Below are positions 58,742 to 64,000 of a DNA stretch of 64,000 nt, piece after piece (within the stretch, counting starts at the first letter, position 1; each line of letters opens with the position of its first letter). The notes under the pieces were generated by a model. It was given only the letters and a program-made list of their open reading frames with translations. It did not search any database and had not been told where the DNA came from. Source of the stretch: Auanema rhodensis (lineage: Eukaryota > Animalia > Nematoda); assembly GCA_964057225.1 (NCBI GenBank), contig OZ059896.1, positions 13,020,001-13,084,000 of the forward strand, written 5' to 3'. Position numbers and translations under genes: made by a program.

Positions 58742-59745
58742 TCAACGAAAGGACCCGTTATTGGACAAAACAACAGAAGATGATGCAGAAGGACTACTCA
58801 TAGATCTGGTATTAGGTCCAGTTGGTTTAACTACCCGAGGCGGATTTTTTCTCCTTCTTGGGCTTATTGAATGATTTTTATCTGTTGGTACAGACACCTG
58901 CCTATTGTTAGACCGACTGGGTCTACCAGATTTACGAGGGGGGCTGGAGATGAGAGAAGAAATTGGTTTTAAGATTGAACTGCAAACGGCATCAACTACT
59001 GAAGGGGTTTCAGCTGGTTGAGTGTCCACAGTGACAGAGAGAGTGTTGATGGCATGCGAAGTAACATTGGTAGATTTACGGGGGACTTCAATAATTTTGA
59101 GATCCCGTACAAGAAAAGTCTTTTCAGTGTTATTTTCATTCTTGATTTTTGCTTCTTTTCGCAAGTTTTTCTCCAGTTCAATTTCGAAGGGGAGATAATC
59201 TCGTCGCAAAAACGTTTTTGAGAGGAAATCGAAGCATTTTGATTTATTGAATTTGATAACTTGGATAATCTTGTCACGTAAATCTACCGATGGACACGTA
59301 ATTATGAGAGGGCCAGGGGAATTAGATTTGAGAGTTGAACGTGCAATAGTAATTTGATTGCTATCGATCAAAGAAGACAAAGTGGTGTCCTGAGATTTCT
59401 CGATAATAAGTTTTAGTAACAACAGAGGTTCAGTTGGAAATTCTGTTGACTTTAATGGCACTCGAAACCAAAGGGCTCTTTTGGCACGGTAGAGGTACTT
59501 TGTCTCCTCTGATCGTAATTTTTGAAAATGACATGCTACATTGAGTGGGGAAAAAGTTGGAACACAGGTAGAGTTAAGGTTGCTAGTGGTTTGAAATGAG
59601 TTAAAAGTTTGCTCTAACTTATCTAAGCGGGATTTGAAATCCGTTTCGATAGTTTTTAAGCGAGCCTCATGCGACGTGATACTAATTTTCATACAGTTAA
59701 GCTCATTTTTTATATCATTTGACAATTTTGAAAAAGAGTTCTCGA
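58742..59745 (-). pseudogene. Second, N-terminally truncated copy of ORF1
   Basis: It is identical to 59968-61029 from LENSFSK onward and lacks the native ATG. An in-frame TAA lies just upstream of the junction. Confidence 0.85.
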
Positions 59746-59963
59746 GATATTATAGATGTCACCTAACGGAAGAAGATTAGTGTTAAATTGGGGGTAAAGC
59801 CAGGACTCTGATATAGCAATTATATCAGGAGAATTGGGAGAGATGATAACTGGGAGAAGATGAAGTTTGTTGAGAATTGAGCGTTGAGAATTGAGCGTGC
59901 ATTGTAACAGTGAACAGAAATGTAAGTGTGGTTAGAGACGAGAACAGGTGTTGACGATAACAT
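59746..59963 (-). pseudogene. Duplicated 5' stub of ORF2 (start of the endonuclease), frameshifted by the 14-bp duplication
   Basis: It matches 58534-58737 plus the 14-bp duplication. Confidence 0.85.
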
Positions 59964-59967
59964 TGGA

Positions 59968-61029
59968 TCAACGAAAGGACCCGTTATTGGACAAAACAAC
60001 AGAAGATGATGCAGAAGGACTACTCATAGATCTGGTATTAGGTCCAGTTGGTTTAACTACCCGAGGCGGATTTTTTCTCCTTCTTGGGCTTATTGAATGA
60101 TTTTTATCTGTTGGTACAGACACCTGCCTATTGTTAGACCGACTGGGTCTACCAGATTTACGAGGGGGGCTGGAGATGAGAGAAGAAATTGGTTTTAAGA
60201 TTGAACTGCAAACGGCATCAACTACTGAAGGGGTTTCAGCTGGTTGAGTGTCCACAGTGACAGAGAGAGTGTTGATGGCATGCGAAGTAACATTGGTAGA
60301 TTTACGGGGGACTTCAATAATTTTGAGATCCCGTACAAGAAAAGTCTTTTCAGTGTTATTTTCATTCTTGATTTTTGCTTCTTTTCGCAAGTTTTTCTCC
60401 AGTTCAATTTCGAAGGGGAGATAATCTCGTCGCAAAAACGTTTTTGAGAGGAAATCGAAGCATTTTGATTTATTGAATTTGATAACTTGGATAATCTTGT
60501 CACGTAAATCTACCGATGGACACGTAATTATGAGAGGGCCAGGGGAATTAGATTTGAGAGTTGAACGTGCAATAGTAATTTGATTGCTATCGATCAAAGA
60601 AGACAAAGTGGTGTCCTGAGATTTCTCGATAATAAGTTTTAGTAACAACAGAGGTTCAGTTGGAAATTCTGTTGACTTTAATGGCACTCGAAACCAAAGG
60701 GCTCTTTTGGCACGGTAGAGGTACTTTGTCTCCTCTGATCGTAATTTTTGAAAATGACATGCTACATTGAGTGGGGAAAAAGTTGGAACACAGGTAGAGT
60801 TAAGGTTGCTAGTGGTTTGAAATGAGTTAAAAGTTTGCTCTAACTTATCTAAGCGGGATTTGAAATCCGTTTCGATAGTTTTTAAGCGAGCCTCATGCGA
60901 CGTGATACTAATTTTCATACAGTTAAGCTCATTTTTTATATCATTTGACAATTTTGAAAAAGAGTTCTCGAGAGACTTTGAGAAATTTTGAAGAGCATTT
61001 GTAAGAAAATCATTAGTCACGAAAGACAT
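59968..61029 (-). CDS. LINE ORF1 protein (353 aa): coiled coil, L1-type RRM/CTD-like region, basic S/P/R-rich tail
   Basis: It starts at ATG (MSFVTND) at 61029 and has a heptad-like N-terminus. RAKRALWFRVP, PGPLIITCPSVDLRDKII and FLRRDYLPFEIELEKNLR resemble motifs in CR1/L2 ORF1s. It lies directly upstream of ORF2. Confidence 0.85.
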   Translation of the reverse strand: MSFVTNDFLTNALQNFSKSLENSFSKLSNDIKNELNCMKISITSHEARLKTIETDFKSRLDKLEQTFNSFQTTSNLNSTCVPTFSPLNVACHFQKLRSEETKYLYRAKRALWFRVPLKSTEFPTEPLLLLKLIIEKSQDTTLSSLIDSNQITIARSTLKSNSPGPLIITCPSVDLRDKIIQVIKFNKSKCFDFLSKTFLRRDYLPFEIELEKNLRKEAKIKNENNTEKTFLVRDLKIIEVPRKSTNVTSHAINTLSVTVDTQPAETPSVVDAVCSSILKPISSLISSPPRKSGRPSRSNNRQVSVPTDKNHSISPRRRKNPPRVVKPTGPNTRSMSSPSASSSVVLSNNGSFR

Positions 61030-61229
61030 ATTGAAAAACGAGGGAGTAAAAGAAGGGAAGTAAGAAAGAATAAGAATAAACACTGAAGTGGAAAATAAAA
61101 AAGAAACAAATACGAGAGAAAGAAAATAATGATAAAACTAAAATGCGATACGAAAGAGAGCGCACCTTGACAAAGCCAGTCCGACGAAAATTTCCTTGAC
61201 AGAAACGGATCCGGATCCAAACAGCGGAA

Positions 61230-61578
61230 GTCAACTGACGAGTGGGAGGTCAACTGACGAGTGGGAGGTCAACTGACGAGTGGGAGGTCAACTGACGAGT
61301 GGGAGGTCAACTGACGACTGAGGGAGGTCAACTGACGACTGAGGGAGGTCAACTGTGACGACTGAGGGAGGTCAACTGACTGAGGGAGGTCAACTGACTG
61401 AGGGAGGTCAACTGACTGAGGGAGGTCAACTGACTGAGGGAGGTCAACTGACTGAGGGAGGTCAACTGACTGAGGGAGGTCAACTGACTGAGGGAGGTCA
61501 ACTGACTGAGGGAGGTCAACTGACTGAGGGAGGTCAACTGACTGAGGGAGGTCAACTGACTGAGGGAGGTCAACTCGG
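61230..61578 (-). repeat. 5'-terminal tandem minisatellite of the LINE: 11x18 bp, 1x23 bp, 2x21 bp, 4x19 bp, plus a 10-bp partial unit
   Basis: Plus-strand units: GTCAACTGACGAGTGGGAG (61230-61305), GTCAACTGACGACTGAGGGAG (61306-61347), GTCAACTGTGACGACTGAGGGAG (61348-61370) and GTCAACTGACTGAGGGAG (61371-61568). The array lies inside the TSD. Confidence 0.95.
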
Positions 61579-64000
61579 AAATTAAAGTTCACGTAAATTT
61601 CAAAGTCATGGTTACCATGCACAAATATCAATAAAATTTTGTTCTTAGACTAATATGGACATGGGTAATCTAATTTTGAAAACCGCATTTCTTTATCTTT
61701 CACGGGAAGCGAGACATACCATGTGCACATCACGTGTACAATTAATTAGCATAAATTAAAGTTCACGTAAATTTCAAAGTCATGGTTACCATGCACCAAT
61801 ATCAATAAAACTTTGTTCTCAGACTAATATGGACATGGGTAATCTAATTTTGAAAACCGCATCTCTTTATCTTTCACGGGAAGCGAGTCACATACCATGT
61901 GCACATCACGTGTACAATTAATTAGCATAAATTAAAGTTCACGTAAATTTCAAAGTCATGGTTACCATGCACCAATATCAATAAAAATTTGTTCTTAGAT
62001 TAATATGGACATGGGGAATCTAATTTTGAAAACCGCATCTCTTTATCTTTAACGGGAAGCGAGTTATATATCATGTGCACATCACGTGTACAATTAATTC
62101 GCATAAATTAAAGTTCACGTAAATTTCAAAGTCATGGTTACCATGCACCAATATGAATACAAATTTGTTATTAGACTAATATGGACATGAGGAATCTAAT
62201 TTTGAGAACCGCATCTCTTTTATCTTTAACGGGAAGCGAGTTACATACCATGTGCACATCACGTGTACAATTAATTAGCATAAATTAAAGTTCACGTAAA
62301 GTTCAAAGTCATGGTTACCATGCACCAATATCAATAAAAATTTGTTCTTAGACTAATATGGACATGGGTAATCTATTTTTGAAAACCGCATCTCTTTATC
62401 TTTAACGGGAAGCGAGTTACATACCATGTGCACATCACGTGTACAATTAATTCGCATAAATTAAAGTTCACGTAAATTTCAAAGTCATGGTTACCATGCA
62501 CCAATATCAATAAAACTTTGTTCTCAGACTAATATGGACATGGGTAATCTAATTTTGAGAACTGCATCTCTTTATCTTTCACGTAAAGCGAGTTACATAC
62601 CAAGTGCAAATCACGTGTACAATTAATTAGCATAAATTAAAGTTCACGTAAATTTCAAAGTCATGGTTACCATGCACCAATATGAATACAAATTTGTTAT
62701 TAGACTAATATGGACATGAGGAATCTAATTTTGAGAACCGCATCTCTTTTATCTTTAACGGGAAGCGAGTTACATACCATGTGCACATCACGTGTACAAT
62801 TAATTAGCATAAATTAAAGTTCACGTAAAGTTCAAAGTCATGGTTACCATGAACCAATATCGATTAAAATTTGTTATTAGACTAATATGGACATGGGTAA
62901 TCTAATTTTGAGAACTGCATCTATTTATCTTTCACGGGAAGCGAGTTACATACCATGTGCACATCACGTGTACAATTAATTAGCATATATTAAAGTTCAC
63001 GTAAATTTCAAAGTCATGGTTACCATGCACCAATGTGAATACAAATTTGTTATTAGACTAAAATGGACATGAGGAATCTAATTTTGAGAACCGCATCTCT
63101 TTATCTTTCACGTAAAGCGAGTTACATACCAAGTGCAAATCACGTGTACAATTAATTAGCATAAATTAAAGTTCACGTAAATTTCAAAGTCATGGTTACC
63201 ATGCACCAATGTGAATACAAATTTGTTATTAGACTAAAATGGACATGAGGAATCTAATTTTGAGAACCGCATCTCTTTATCTTTCACGTAAAGCGAGTTA
63301 CATACCAAGTGCAAATCACGTGTACAATTAATTAGCATAAATTAAAGTTCACGTAAATTTCAAAGTCATGGTTACCATGCACCAATATCAATAAAATTTT
63401 GTTCTTAGACTAATATGGACATGGGTAATCTAATTTTGAAAACCGTATTTCTTTATCTTTCACGGGAAGCGAGACATACCATGTGCACATCACGTGTACA
63501 ATTAATTAGCATAAATTAAAGTTCACGTAAATTTCAAAGTCATGGTTACCATGCACCAATATCAATAAAACTTTGTTCTCAGACTAATATGGACATGGGT
63601 AATCTAATTTTGAAAACCGCATTTCTTTGTCTTTCACGGGAAGCGAGTCACATACCATGTGCACATCACGTGTACAATTAATTAGCATAAATTAAAGTTC
63701 ACGTAAAGTTCAAAGTCATGGTTACCATGAACCAATATCGATTAAAATTTGTTATTAGACTAATATGGACATGGGTAATCTAATTTTGAGAACTGCATCT
63801 ATTTATCTTTCACGGGAAGCGAGTTACATACCATGTGCACATCACGTGTACAATTAATTAGCATATATTAAAGTTCACGTAAATTTCAAAGTCATGGTTA
63901 CCATGCACCAATGTGAATACAAATTTGTTATTAGACTAAAATGGACATGAGGAATCTAATTTTGAGAACCGCATCTCTTTATCTTTCACGTAAAGCAAGT
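61579..64000 (+). repeat. 176-bp satellite array continued (about 14 monomers, runs off the window)
   Basis: It has the same monomer, orientation and variant set as 50-55 kb. Confidence 0.99.

Larger units (their letters stand above)
58534..60971 (-). repeat. Internal tandem duplication of the LINE: units 58534-59745 (1212 bp) and 59746-60971 (1226 bp)
   Basis: The junction CTCGA-GA-TATTATAG at 59746-59747 has a 2-bp GA microhomology. The units differ in length by a 14-bp duplication, TGAGAATTGAGCGT, at 59871-59898. The ORF1 translations are identical over the shared span. Confidence 0.95.
55367..61578 (-). mobile_element. Full-length CR1-clade non-LTR retrotransposon (subfamily C), 6212 bp including a 1226-bp internal duplication
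   Basis: It has a 5' repeats/UTR, ORF1, APE-RT ORF2 and a ~540-nt 3' UTR with AATAAA. AAATTA is duplicated at 55361-55366 and 61579-61584, and the satellite monomer resumes in register. Confidence 0.95.

Noticed and set aside
57325-61253. Small alternative-frame and antisense ORFs overlapping ORF1, ORF2 and the 5' UTR
   Set aside because: They are shadow ORFs without motifs, and pairs recur only because of the internal duplication.
61230-61578. CRISPR array, telomere repeat or hammerhead (CTGACGAG) reading of the short repeat
   Set aside because: There are no unique spacers or cas genes and the unit is not telomeric. CTGACGA is antisense to the element and lacks a properly placed GAAA and stems.
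61269-61631. Repetitive ORFs (VDLPQS)n, (QLTSLS)n, (TEGGQL)n
   Set aside because: They result from translating an 18-bp stop-free repeat, and two of them reach into the flanking TSD/satellite.

Overview
This is eukaryotic satellite DNA with no host genes. About 89% of the window is a head-to-tail, AT-rich 176-bp satellite (variants of 170-177 bp) arranged in layered higher-order repeats. Four CR1-clade LINE pieces from three diverged subfamilies interrupt it. They are a 3' UTR at the window start (+), two 170/171-bp 3'-end stubs at 44.3 and 46.1 kb (+), and a full-length 6.2-kb element at 55367-61578 (-). The full-length element has an AAATTA target-site duplication, a graded 18-23-bp 5' tandem array, a 1.2-kb internal duplication of ORF1 and a one-base frameshift in an otherwise intact APE-RT ORF2. 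The most notable observation is a ~125-nt block in the 3' UTRs of two diverged subfamilies. It folds by eye into the same multi-stem, three-way-junction RNA with several compensatory base-pair changes, and I cannot assign it to a known RNA family. All insertions fall within ~25 bp of the same palindrome cluster of the monomer, and two subfamilies use the identical junction. All alignments and folds were done by eye.
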